Shown here one piece after another: positions 10,291-22,022 of a stretch of 64,000 nt of DNA. The notes below the pieces were generated by a model. The model had not been told where the DNA came from. It saw only the letters and a program-made list of their open reading frames with translations, and made no database searches. A program made the translations under genes and the position numbers. Source of the stretch: Macrostomum hystrix. Lineage: Eukaryota > Animalia > Platyhelminthes. Each line of letters starts with the position of its first letter. Position 1 is the stretch's first letter. The stretch lies in the NCBI GenBank assembly GCA_950097015.1, contig CATNEN010000025.1, positions 9,362,001-9,426,000 of the forward strand, written 5' to 3'.

Positions 10291-13200
10291 ACTCTGCAAC
10301 TCCCTCTGCCCCTTCTGCAGCTCCCTCCGTCCCCTCCGCAACTCCTTCCGCAACTCCCTCCGCCCCCTCTGCAACTCCCTCCACCCCCTCTGCAGCTCCC
10401 TCCGTCCCCTCCGCAACTCCCTCCGCAACTCCCTCCGCCCCCTCTGCAGCTCCCTCCGTCCCCTCCGCAACTCCCTCCGCAACTCCCTCCGCCCCCTCTG
10501 CAACTCCCTCCACCCCCTCTGCAGCTCCCTCCGCCTCCTCTGGAACTCCCTCCGCCCTCCGCCCCCTCTGCAACTCCCTCCGCCCTCCGCCCCCTCTGGA
10601 GCTCCCTCCGCCTCCTCTGCAACTCCCTCCGCCCTCCGCCTCCTCTGCAGCTCCCTCCGCCCCCTCCGCCTCCTCTGCAACTCCCTCCGCAACTCCCTCC
10701 GCCCCCTCTGCAACTCCCTCCACACCCTCTGCAGCTCCCTCCGCCTCCTCTGCAACTCCCTCCGCCCTCCGCCCCCTCTGCAACTCCCTCCGCCTCCTCT
10801 GCAACTCCCTACGCCCTCCGTCCCCTCTGCAACTCCCTCCGCCTCCTCTGCAACTCCCTCCGCCCTCCGCCTCCTCTGCAGCTCCCTCCGCCCCCCTCCG
10901 CCTCCTCTGCAACTCCCTCCGCCCTCCGCCCCCTCTGGAGCTCCCTCCGCCTCCTCTGCAACTCCCTCCGCCCTCCGCCCCCTCTGCAACTCCCTCCGCC
11001 CTCCGCCCCCTCTGCAACTCCCTCCGCCCTCCGCCTCCTCTGCAGCTCCCTCCGCCCCCCTCCGCCCCCTCTGCAACTCCCTCCGCCCTCCGCCCCCTCT
11101 GCAACTCCCTCCGCCCTCCGCCACCTCTGCAGCTCCCTCCGCCCCCTCTGCAACTCCCTCCGCCTCCTCTGCAACTCCCTCCGCCCTCCGCCTCCTCTGC
11201 AACTCCCTCCGCCCTCCGCCCCCTCTGGAGCTCCCTCCGCCTCCTCTGCAACTCCCTCCGCCCTCCGTCCCCTCTGCAACTCCCTCCGCCCTCCGCCACC
11301 TCTGCAGCTCCCTCCGCCCCCTCTGCAACTCCCTCCGCCTCCTCTGCAACTCCCTCCGCCCTCCGCCTCCTCTGCAACTCCCTCCGCCCTCCGCCCCCTC
11401 TGGAGCTCCCTCCGCCTCCTCTGCAACTCCCTCCGCCCTCCGCCCCCTCTGCAACTCCCTCCGCCCTCCGCCCCCTCTGCAACTCCCTCCGCCCTCCGCC
11501 TCCTCTGCAACTCCCTCCGCCCTCCGCCCCCTCTGGAGCTCCCTCCGCCTCCTCTGCAACTCCCTCCGCCCTCCGCCCCCTCTGCAACTCCCTACGCCCT
11601 CCGTCCCCTCTGCAACTCCCTCCGCCTCCTCTGCAACTCCCTCCGCCCTCCGCCCCCTCTGCAACTCCCTCCGCCCTCCGCCCCCTCTGCAACTCCCTCC
11701 GCCCTCCGCCTCCTCTGCAGCTCTCCACCTCCTCTGCAGCTCCCTCCGCCCCCCTTCGCCTCCTCTGCAACTCCCTCCGCCCTCCGCCTCCTCTGCAACT
11801 CCCTCCGCCCTCCGCCCCCTCTGCAACTCCCTCCGCCCTCCGCCCCCTCTGCAACTCCCTCCGCCCTCCGCCCCCTCTGCAACTCCCTCCGTCCCCTCTG
11901 CAACTCCCTCCGCCCTCCGCCCCCTCTGGAGCTCCCTCCGCCTCCTCTGCAACTCCCTCCGCCCTCCGCACCCTCTACAACTCCCTCCGCCCTCTCTGCA
12001 ACTCCCTCCGCCCCCTCTGCAACTCCCTACGCCCCCTCCACAACTCCTTCCGCAACTCCCTCCGCCCCCTCTGCAACTCCTCCACCCCCTCTGCAGCTCC
12101 CTCCGCCTCCTCTGCAACTCCCTCCACCCTCCGCCCTTCTGCAACTCCCTCCGCCCTCCGCGGCACTGCAACTCCCTCCGCCCTCCGCCCCCTCTGCAAC
12201 TCCTTCCGCCCTCAGTCCCCTCTGGAACTCCCTCCACCCCCTCTGCAGCTCCCTCCGCCCTCCGCCCCCCTCTGGAGCTCCCTTCGCCTCCTCTGGAGCT
12301 CCCTTCGCCTCCTCTGCAACTCCCTCCGCCCTTCTGCAGCTCCCTCCGCCCTCCGCCCCTCTGCAACTCCCTCCGCCCTCCGCCCCCTCTGCAACTCCTT
12401 CCGCCCTCCGTCCCCTCTGCAACTCCCTCCGCCCTCCGCCACCTCTGCAGCTCCCTCCGCCCCCTCTGCAACTCCCTCCGCCTCCTCTGCAACTCCCTCC
12501 GCCCTCCGCCTCCTCTGCAACTCCCTCCGCCCTCCGCCCCCTCTGGAGCTCCCTCCGCCTCCTCTGCAACTCCCTCCGCCCTCCGCCCCCTCTGCAACTC
12601 CCTCCGCCCTCCGCCCCCTCTGCAACTCCCTCCGCCCTCCGCCTCCTCTGCAACTCCCTCCGCCCTCCGCCCCCTCTGGAGCTCCCTCCGCCTCCTCTGC
12701 AACTCCCTCCGCCCTCCGCCCCCTCTGCAACTCCCTACGCCCTCCGTCCCCTCTGCAACTCCCTCCGCCTCCTCTGCAACTCCCTCCGCCCTCCGCCCCC
12801 TCTGCAACTCCCTCCGCCCTCCGCCCCCTCTGCAACTCCCTCCGCCCTCCGCCTCCTCTGCAGCTCTCCACCTCCTCTGCAGCTCCCTCCGCCCCCCTTC
12901 GCCTCCTCTGCAACTCCCTCCGCCCTCCGCCTCCTCTGCAACTCCCTCCGCCCTCCGCCCCCTCTGCAACTCCCTCCGCCCTCCGCCCCCTCTGCAACTC
13001 CCTCCGCCCTCCGCCCCCTCTGCAACTCCCTCCGTCCCCTCTGCAACTCCCTCCGCCCTCCGCCCCCTCTGGAGCTCCCTCCGCCTCCTCTGCAACTCCC
13101 TCCGCCCTCCGCACTCTCTACAACTCCCTCCGCGCTCTCTGCAACTCCCTCCGCCCCCTCTGCAACTCCCTACGCCCCCTCCACAACTCCTTCCGCAACT

Positions 13201-13745
13201 CCCTCCGCCCCCTCTGCAACTCCTCCACCCCCTCTGCAGCTCCCTCCGCCTCCTCTGCAACTCCCTCCACCCTCCGCCCTTCTGCAACTCCCTCCGCCCT
13301 CCGCGGCACTGCTACTCCCTCCGCCCTCCGCCCCCTCTGCAACTCCTTCCGCCCTCAGTCCCCTCTGGAACTCCCTCCACCCCCTCTGCAGCTCCCTCCG
13401 CCCTCCGCCCCCCTCTGGAGCTCCCTTCGCCTCCTCTGGAGCTCCCTTCGCCTCCTCTGCAACTCCCTCCGCCCTTCTGCAGCTCCCTCCGCCCTCCGCC
13501 CCTCTGCAACTCCCTCCGCCCTCCGCCCCCTCTGCAACTCCTTCCGCCCTCAGTACCCTCTGCAACTCCCTCCGCCCCCTCTGCAGCTCCCTCCGCTCCC
13601 TCTGCAACTCCCTCCACCCTCCGCCCCTCTGCAACTCCCTCCGCCCCCCACTGCAGCTCCCTCCGCCCCCTCTGCAACTCCCTCCGCCCTCCGCCCCTCT
13701 GCAACTCCCTCCGCCCTCCGCCCCTCTGCAGCTCCCTCCGCCCCT
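10291..13745. repeat. 3.4-kb GC-rich intronic minisatellite (ctgcaactccctccgccctccgccccct variants) with a ~1143-bp higher-order repeat
   Basis: Direct reading. Identical ORF-track translations recur at a 1143 offset (11592/12735, 11975/13118, 12027/13170). Confidence 0.95.
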
Positions 13746-13756
13746 TCACGACTAAC

Positions 13757-13957
13757 ATTGGGGCCATCAGCCGCGCACTCGTCTTCGTCCTCATCGTAGC
13801 TGTCGCAGAGAATGTTCGCCAGCGACTGTCGCCGATCCACTGGCCCAGCCAGCATGGAGGAGCGTCGACGACCGCCGTTCAATGCCGACGTGACAGCAGA
13901 GGCGGCAGTGGCTGCGACAGCTGGCAAAGGCGACTCATCTCCCGAGTCAGAATGATC
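13757..13957 (-). CDS. Internal coding exon, 67 codons (DHSDSGDES...RRRSSM...DDEDE-like acidic tract...DGPN)
   Basis: CAG acceptor at 13958-13960, GTTAGT donor at 13751-13756, phase 0 at both ends. Confidence 0.7.
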
Positions 13958-15013
13958 CTGAGATGAATTTTTGTTGTTTACTTTCAATTAAAATTCACGC
14001 TGGAAGTTACGAGCATATACACGGATTATAAAAATGTAACTTTTATGAAAAGAAGCTTTTTATCGAGAATTCAACAAAATGCACGTATAATAATAATACT
14101 ATCGTCTTTTACAAACACAGATAGTATGCCGGGACTTTCAAAGTTTTAAGTTTAAAGTGAAAACATGCTGCTCATTCTGCTGACGAAAATTCGGCTGTGT
14201 TCGACTATGCTCGCTAGTAGCCGGTAGAGTTCGGTACAGCTCAGGGGCGCCTGACGTGACGACATTAGGTGGGCAACCTGACGGTATCAGCACTATTTCA
14301 TTCTATAAAGACCTAGGCGAGCTCACAGATTAAAAGTGACCCATTCGAATAAAATGTTGGCGCCGAATTGGCACAACTGGACTGAATCGGAGCGCACTTC
14401 ACCAAGTGTAGTAGAATGCATTGATAAGGCATGCCTGCTGCACGCGTAAAACTCTTGTAATAAACAGCTAGTGCTAAGTTTCTTACTCTCACAATTTTTT
14501 TTTGGAGAATTAAGGAGAAATTAAAAGATAAGAAATCGAGGACACGCTAACTATCACACCCCGACCTCATGATGCTTTGAACCTGCCCGCTCGCTGTGTA
14601 CATTGATCTGTTCTGGCGCTCCGTTTTACAACTTTGTTTGATAACAGTGGCAGCGGCGGTAGGAGGGAGTCAAAAGAGCTATTTGAAGATTGAAAAAAGG
14701 CTCTCGCCTTTGCAAAAACTCTTGGCATGAGTTAGGAAGAGCGGGGTAGTGGGGTGGCTGCACACGATCGATAATCGACGCTGTTACACTCTTACCCTTC
14801 CTCCGGGGCTAGGGTTCACCGCGACCTTGAACCCCCACCCCCTCCGGTATTCCCCTACAACCCCTCCTATCTAACCAGAAGGCTTTAAAAGCGAGGCGCA
14901 TCACGTGGGGTAAGATACGCACACTCAGACAGACTGTGAACCAAGCCTAAAGCCAGCCGCCCACTATTTCAGCAAAGCCAGCAAAACGGTCTAAAGCGAA
15001 ACCTCCATAGCCT

Positions 15014-15730
15014 ATGGGCGCATCCGGTTGCAAACCGGTCAGAAGCTCCTCTGGCCTAGACGAAGAACCTGAAGCCGTCGAATCTATTAGCATCGGCAAA
15101 GGCGTTCGTGTGCACCAACTGGAAGGCAATAACTTCCTTGGCAAGTTGGACGACGCAGCCCGAATGAGCTACACAGGCCGACTGTGGCGACGGCACAGCT
15201 CCAATGCAGGCATCCAGGTTGGCGGCAGACCGACCAGCACAAGAGGCGGCTCAGCTACCACAACAGGAGCCTCATCATCTGCCAGGAGCTCCTGCTACTC
15301 GGAGCTGTCAAACAGTGTCTGGCAACAGCAGCAGCAGCAGCAGCCCCAGACTCCAAGCAATCCAAATACTCGTCAACTATTGCGACAACACTTTCTGAGC
15401 ACTGCTCCGACTAGTTCTGGCTCCGCCCTGGGTCCCCAAACCAGCAGCCGATCGCTGGACTGCGCCCCAGTCCAGGGCCGTCACAGCGGTTCTTCATCTC
15501 CGGACGGCGCCGAGTCAGCCGACCCCACCGCAGACGCCAGCCAGATGGACCTGACCACCCTGCTACTGCAGGGCTTCGACCCATCGGCCTACGAGCAGAG
15601 GCTGGCCGAGAGAAGGCTGGCCAAATTTACTGGCCGGAGGCAGCAGCCCAGCAGGTCGATTATGCTGACAATGCTGACAACAGCAGGCACTGACGGTGCT
15701 GCGCCTGATGAAGCTGAGATACCCGCGTGA
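15014..15730 (+). CDS. Intronless 238-aa hypothetical, largely disordered protein with a possible N-myristoylation/palmitoylation start (MGASGC)
   Basis: A non-repeat ORF, GC-rich against AT-rich flanks, with a polyQ tract like the neighbouring genes. No domain recognised. Confidence 0.65.
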   Translation: MGASGCKPVRSSSGLDEEPEAVESISIGKGVRVHQLEGNNFLGKLDDAARMSYTGRLWRRHSSNAGIQVGGRPTSTRGGSATTTGASSSARSSCYSELSNSVWQQQQQQQPQTPSNPNTRQLLRQHFLSTAPTSSGSALGPQTSSRSLDCAPVQGRHSGSSSPDGAESADPTADASQMDLTTLLLQGFDPSAYEQRLAERRLAKFTGRRQQPSRSIMLTMLTTAGTDGAAPDEAEIPA

Positions 15731-16619
15731 AAATGTGATAATGAGAGAGCGAGTACCAGCTGATGGTGCATTTTTATTTGTGATTTGTTCTGCGTAGTCG
15801 CTTTGTATAACAACGATGAGGCATGGCTACAGTTTTGTGTTTGATTTATATATTTAAAATTCTCGCCAAAAGTCAGTCTGATAAAAGATCTAGCTTTACA
15901 GTTCTTAGTTGGACAAATCTTGTAACGAGATGATTCTGAGAATATTTTATAGCCTTGGTTGAGCTTGATACATCCAATAGCTTTTGGCGCAAATTTAAAA
16001 TATTCAAATTCGGCATGGAAATTAGTTCAATTTATGAAAAAAAGATGAAATCCTGCATTTATCTTTGATAGATTATACTAAGCTCTGCTGAAACTGTGAA
16101 CAAAATTATTCAAATACGAAGAAAGCAACTGTGTAGGAAAAATAAACCAATAGTTTTATTCTCATATTTTGTATAAGTACGTTCCGTCCGGTTTGATTGA
16201 GAGCCGTAGCAGCGATATGCTTTTAGTAAGGATTGTACCATTCTAAGACTACACAACCTAGACATTTTTATGGTTTAGAAATTATAATTTTTAATTAACA
16301 AAAGTTATTTTTCCCACATCCCTTTCTCTGTAGATCCCTGTATATCTCTGTTTACTGCTGTATTTGAAGTAAAGTCCCATACTATTTCTGTTAAAGCCTG
16401 CTTTGCTCTTGTCTATTTCTCTGATGCAATTGCTTTGGTGGGATTCTGGTTAGAAATATAAAAGCTTTTTATGATTTTATTTATCGTTCTGAAACAGAGA
16501 AATCGCTTATTTTGATCGAATTGACTCAGATATGGTGATAGTTGGTGATAGATATGGCATGCGCACATACTCGTATTAATCAAACCCCACAGTATACCAC
16601 AATCCACCGCAATCTACAA

Positions 16620-16795
16620 GGCAAGCCAATCTCATCCTCCACAATGTACATAGCCAAGCCAATCTCATCCTCCACAATGTACATAGCCTAGCCAATCTTA
16701 TCCTCTACAATGTACACAGCCAAGCCAATCACATCCTTCGCAATGTACATAGCCAAGCCAATCTTATCCTCTACTATGTACGTAGCCAAGCCAAG
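16620..16795. repeat. 33-bp minisatellite (tagccaagccaatctcatcctccacaatgtaca), ~5 units
   Basis: Direct reading. It starts ~16 nt from the donor at 16811-16816. Confidence 0.85.
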
Positions 16796-16816
16796 AGCCG
16801 CGTAAATGTTGCTCAC

Positions 16817-19800
16817 ATTTAACAAATCTATGACCAGCTCAGATCCATTCGAATCCTGCCCAGCCGATCGCAGCCGTTGCATGTTGCTCTTAGCGTCAAG
16901 TTCAAGTTCGTCGCGCTGCTCAGGCGCGTTCCAGGTGCGCGAGCGCGGCTGAAATCGGACCGCCGTACACCTGATGGCCTCCACAAACGGTAGATCCAAC
17001 TGTGTGAAAAGGTTCAGGACACACTCGAAATTCAGTTGCCTCTGAAAACTACTGTCTGTTGTGAACCTCACCTACACGATCCTCCAGTCACACCCACCTC
17101 ACTCACTCACCTCACTCCCATAGCTCCGAAATAATTCCCCCCCCACCTCACTCCCCTGGCTCCGAAAACAACCGTTCCTACACCCACTTACTCCCCAAGC
17201 TCCGCAAACAACCATTCCTACACCCACCTCCCTCCCTAACTTCGGATACCGCGGTTCCTCCACCAACCTCACTCCCTAACTCAGCACACAACCATTCCTC
17301 TACCCACCTCACTCCTTAACTTCGCATACCGCCGTTCCTCCACCAACCTCACTCCCTAACTCAGCACACAACCATTCCTCTACCCACCTCACTCCCTAAC
17401 TCCACAAACAGCCATTCCTTTACCCATCTCACTACAATAACTCCATACACCGGTCCATTCAACACCCCTCGAAAAGTCCGCTCCAACGCTATCTAAATCA
17501 AACGTTCAGCAAGTAATGAGGAAGCCTTCGAGACTCGGTACACCGCGCCCTCTCACGTGATGACTCCTGGCTGACGAAGCGCCCATCACCTTAATAAATT
17601 TGGCCACCTCCTTTTTGCGCGCCTCGGACACCAGCACGAGGTCCAGGCAGCCGTCGTTTCTGTGAGCGAAGCGCGACAGGCCCTGCGGACAGTTGTCCGA
17701 GAAGCCCGCAAGGGAGTAGACACCCACCCAGCTGTAGTCGCCTTTCAGATTCAGCCAGGCATCCTCGCCGGCCAGTTCTGTAAGTAGCGAGAAGTGTATT
17801 TTTCTTCATTTTGCTTCGCGGCTAGTAAAAGCTAGATAATAAATCACCAATCAGACTGTCGCTATTATTGGACGAGTTTAGGGGATCGAACTCCTGCACA
17901 GAGTCCGATTCGGCCTCGCTCTGCCGCCGGTGCTTGCTGGCCTCGGTCGACTGACACACCTCACAGCTGCGGGAATCAATAATTTAGCTCGATACGTAGT
18001 GAACTTATTATAAACGACTTCGCTACAATCTACTTTACTTGGGAGTAGGAATGAGTAGTATAAGTAGAATATTTTACCGAGAAAAGCAGCAAGTGCCGTC
18101 GCTGGGGTTGCTCAGCTCGGCATTAGCCGAGGGCCGGTACTGCAAGTCGCACGGATAGGCCATGAAGGTCTTCTTCTCCAGTGCCCTGGACATGGCCTTC
18201 TCGTACTTGGAGTCGTAGAACAGCTTGTACTTGTCCAGGTACTTCAATGCGCTGCTGGGCAGGCCGTAGCTGGCGTTGAAGCACCAGCGGAGGAATTTGA
18301 AGTCTCCGCCGGCGCTGCTTGGCTCCCTGGCCAGCACCTGGATGCAGTTCACCTTCTTCAGGTGGCCTGGGAAGTGGGTTGACAGTTGGGGATGCTTTTG
18401 TAGAGCATTGTGGAATAGTTAAAATTTTGACTCGTAAATAATATACCTAAATATTACAGGCTGTTGCTGTGCTCGTCTCAGCAGCGCGCCACCGATAATG
18501 ATGATATAACTAAATAATATAAGTGATTACACCTGCCCCAATCGGGCCAGATGTGCAGCCTGACACCACAGCCGCAGCTATTGCATGGTGCATCTGAAGG
18601 CTGCGTATGGCTGTCCAGTCCATGGACTGGGGGAGGGACCCACCCTCAATTACCCCAGCTGATGCTGGTGTGATGCATTTAACAGCTGGGTGAACTTAAG
18701 CAATCCAGAGTTAAGTGTCTTGCTAAAGGACACCAATTTTTCCAGCAAAGTTGGTAATCGAACCCCGACCTACAAGTCGTGAGTCCAACGCTCTAGCCAC
18801 TAATCTACAACAGGGTTTATAGTTAAGACTCGTAACAGCAAGATCTCCAGCAAGACATTTAATTTTCGATGCCTTTATTTAAACCAGCTGTGAATTCTGG
18901 CGTAGAAAATTTGAGTCCGACCCACACTTCCCCATGTGCTCACCTGCCAGGAGGTGCATCACGGACGACACTGGCTCAATAGTGCCCAGGAGGCTGTGAG
19001 CCACGTCGTTGTTGAAGCCGGCAGGCACAATGCAGACTGGCAGCTGGGCTGGCCGGGCGTGGCTGTCAAGGTGGTGGTGCTGCTGCTGCTGCTCCTGAGG
19101 CTGCTGCTGTGCTCGTCTCAGCAGCGCGTCGCACAGTCGCTGCACGGTGCCGTCGCCACCGATGATGATGAGCGCGTCGACTGAGTTCTCGAGCTCCTCC
19201 GGGGAGCAGTCGGACAGGCAGGTGGCCAACTCGTCCGCTGTCGGTCGCTCGACTCGCGTCACCTGTACTCGTATAATGGCAATTGATGGAATCTCTGCAT
19301 GGTTTTACCTATATGGACGGTTATTTATTTCGATGCGGTTTGATTCATATTTTTATGGATTAGGAGCTAGATCAGGTAACAAGCGCTAGCGGTGAGTTTC
19401 CCATCAGGAGGGATTCCCTCCATAGCGGGATTCCCCACTGGGAAAGTTTCCCATAATGAGGAATTCGCTATCAAAAGGGATTCTCCGTGCATAGAGGAAT
19501 TTCCGATCCAGAATTTCCCGTGCCCGTGATTACCAACCACATCGCAAGCAGGTTCTCATTCTCTAACCTTGACATCAAACTTGCGCAGCAGAGGAAGCAC
19601 GCGATCCTTCATGACACTGACAGCGGAGCCTCGGCCGGCCTTCGTGCAAGCGTAGACGGCCACGCTGCGCACTCGCCTTTTCATCGAGTCCAGAACCCGC
19701 TCGGTGTAGCGGACCCACCGGTCGGCGTCCCGCCGCCTGGGCAGGTCCAGCTCGCGCTCAACCAGCCGAAACTGGCTGGCATTGTAGCGCTGGCACACCG

Positions 19801-20746
19801 ACAGCACAATCCGCGACGTCTGGCTGCCTCCACCGGCTGGCTGGGGTCGCTCGCTGACTGAAATCACATCCTCGTAGAGATAGCAGAATGTCTCTGCTAG
19901 CTGCTGCTGCTGCTGCTGTTGCTGGGAATCGAGGCTGCTGCGGTTTGAGGGATCGCCAGAACCAGCTCGTCGCTCTGAAAGTGTCAATCAAATTAGACAA
20001 CACAAAAGTGTCTGGGCTAGCTTTTCGAACATTTTAACTGGCCAAGCAGGGGTCTAACATGTTTCTATTTTCAGAACAGTCTGTCAGAAACCCTAAATTA
20101 ATCACGTGACAGTTTTTTATCGAATCCGAGTCCTTCTTGCACGACAAGCCCCCAAGTCTTCTCTCCGCGGCAGCGCCCTAAATGATTCCCCTCGCCGCGG
20201 AATCGAGCTCAGGGACCTTGGCTTAATCGCGTTAGACCGCTCTGCCACTCACCCCACCTGAGTCCTACTACTGTAGTAGTCCTTGGCGTATCAACAGCCA
20301 CCAACTCCCATTAGAAACTCACCCTGCTTCCAGATAATGCCCCTCTCGCCTAGCGTCACCAAAACTTTGTGGCCCCTGTGCGTTCCCTGTGAGCTGAAAA
20401 TCTTCTTCTTGGTCCGCTGGGCGCGCCTCTGCTCCTCTTCCTCGGCCAGCAAGGGATCCCAGTTGAAACGGACCAGGCAGTCCTGGCGCTGGTCGACCGC
20501 GATGCCGCTGTCCTCGGTGACTGGCGAAATTGGCACCGCTGGCGATGTCGACTTCAGCGGCGAAGTCGGCGATGACTGTTGCCGTCTATGGCGCGAGTTC
20601 TCAGATGAGCCTGAAAGCGGCTTTCTGCCTGGCGGCGGCTTTCTTGAGTCTCTCGCGCCATTGCTGCTGCCGCCGGCCGTCCTGACTGTGCCGTGGCCGA
20701 TCTCCATCACTTCGACGTCGCATGCTTCTGGATCGTCTGAATCCAT
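16817..20746 (-). CDS. CERKL: Ceramide kinase / CERKL-like protein (PH-like N-terminus plus DAGK catalytic domain), 7 core exons
   Basis: Phase-consistent exons 20323..20746, 19568..19974, 18944..19262, 18078..18366, 17848..17966, 17557..17777, 16817..16999 (654 codons). Motifs: IIGGDGT; AQLPVCIVPAGFNNDVAHSLLG; LRWCFNASYG; CFSRCEVC (the CERK CxxxCxxC motif); GLSRFAHRNDGCLDLVLV; LPFVEAIRC. The ALLRRAQ, AQLP and AHSLxG segments look closer to CERKL than CERK. Confidence 0.85.
17085..17445. repeat. Imperfect C-rich minisatellite in a CERKL-like intron
   Basis: Recurrent cccacctcactccctaactc and accattcct blocks. Confidence 0.75.
18540..18810 (-). mobile_element. tRNA-derived SINE, family A copy 2
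   Basis: Colinear with 5300-5570; B-box GGGGTTCGATTACC on the minus strand. Confidence 0.75.
20140..20258 (-). mobile_element. SINE family B, head-only copy
   Basis: The minus strand has GTGGCAGAGCGGTCTA (A box) and GAGCTCGATTCC (B box). It matches the heads at 33440-33560, 59405 and 60914. Confidence 0.75.
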
Positions 20747-22022
20747 CAGCTATTTTTTCGATGAAAAGGGTTGAAACGTATAACTAGATGGATATTTATA
20801 CAGTCACTTCAGGCATTTTCTTGCATATAAACATGCATTAAAAAAAGTAAAAAAATTATATGTTATAGAACACAGATTCATTAAATAAAAAAAACGAAAT
20901 CTAAAGTATTTAAATAGTTTAACTAATTACAAGAGGAAATATACTTTCCAATATTATATGGAAGAAGGTGTGCTAAACTACAACTACAACTACTATACAA
21001 CGAGGTGTGCACTAAAAGGATATTTCCTTTTGACATTCATTCATTTAGTTTTGTCCTTGAACTTTTTGAAAGCACTAAATATTTTTACTTATATATCCTA
21101 CATTCACTATCTGCATTTTTAATCAATATATACGAGTATATGCATAAAACGGACATTGGTTCAACCTAAAGTTTATTATAATAATAGTTCAGTACTACTG
21201 TTGTTTTCTAGCCAGTTGATTTTTTTGATTTTCGGTTCCAGCTTTGCTTTTATGTAATGCTTTCAAAATTTCACATTTGAAATTTCTTATATATGTATAA
21301 AAATATTATACGAAATATATATATATGGACTGCCAAAAAATTTTTTAGCTTGACCTTTTGAAGGACTGACTTCTCTCTTTTAAAATTTTGTAACTTTAAC
21401 TTTTTAATAATTTATGTTTCTTTTATATTTAATACAGCTAGATTTTTCAGGCTTAGCATAGTGAACTTAAAAATTATAAGTTTTAAATATATAGCTATGT
21501 TGTCTGGGGTAATTAAACGAATAAAATTGGCGTTCTTATTAAAGATGGAGTCCTTTCTGAATGACATATATATGTGTTATGTATAAATATAGCAAGCTTG
21601 TTTTTGTGCGTGAAAAGCGGTTTTCATAGCTACTCTACTAAACCGATTATCATTCGTTCAACTAGACTTACAAGTCTTGTCGTTCTTTGTAAATTTTTCT
21701 GATACTTTCTGTGTTAAACGTCGTTGATACAAACAATTAAAGCAGTAAAGCAAACGTTTTATAAAAATTCAATTTGACTACACGACAGAAATAGTTTATA
21801 GTTTTTCTTATTTCTACAAAAATATTTTTCAACAAAAATATTGCATGAAGTTTGATTTACCAGCATCATCTTTGCTTTCTTGGCGACAATCGCGCTATTT
21901 TACTTTAACAATACAATTCTATCATTTTTTGATATTTTCATTTTCATTTTTAGATATCTGCGATTTTAACGACGCCAGTAGCAAATAGAAACAGATATCT
22001 GCTCAAGAAAAAAGAATAAGTT

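Noticed and set aside
10138-13794. 1205-aa Pro-rich and overlapping Gly/Arg/Glu-rich ORFs
   Set aside because: Translations of an intronic minisatellite, open in many frames on both strands.
16413-16616. ORF DCGILWG...CHIYHQL as the missing kinase C-terminal exon
   Set aside because: AT-rich, only a faint resemblance to VHxQL, and the acceptor is embedded in the repeat edge; not supportable.
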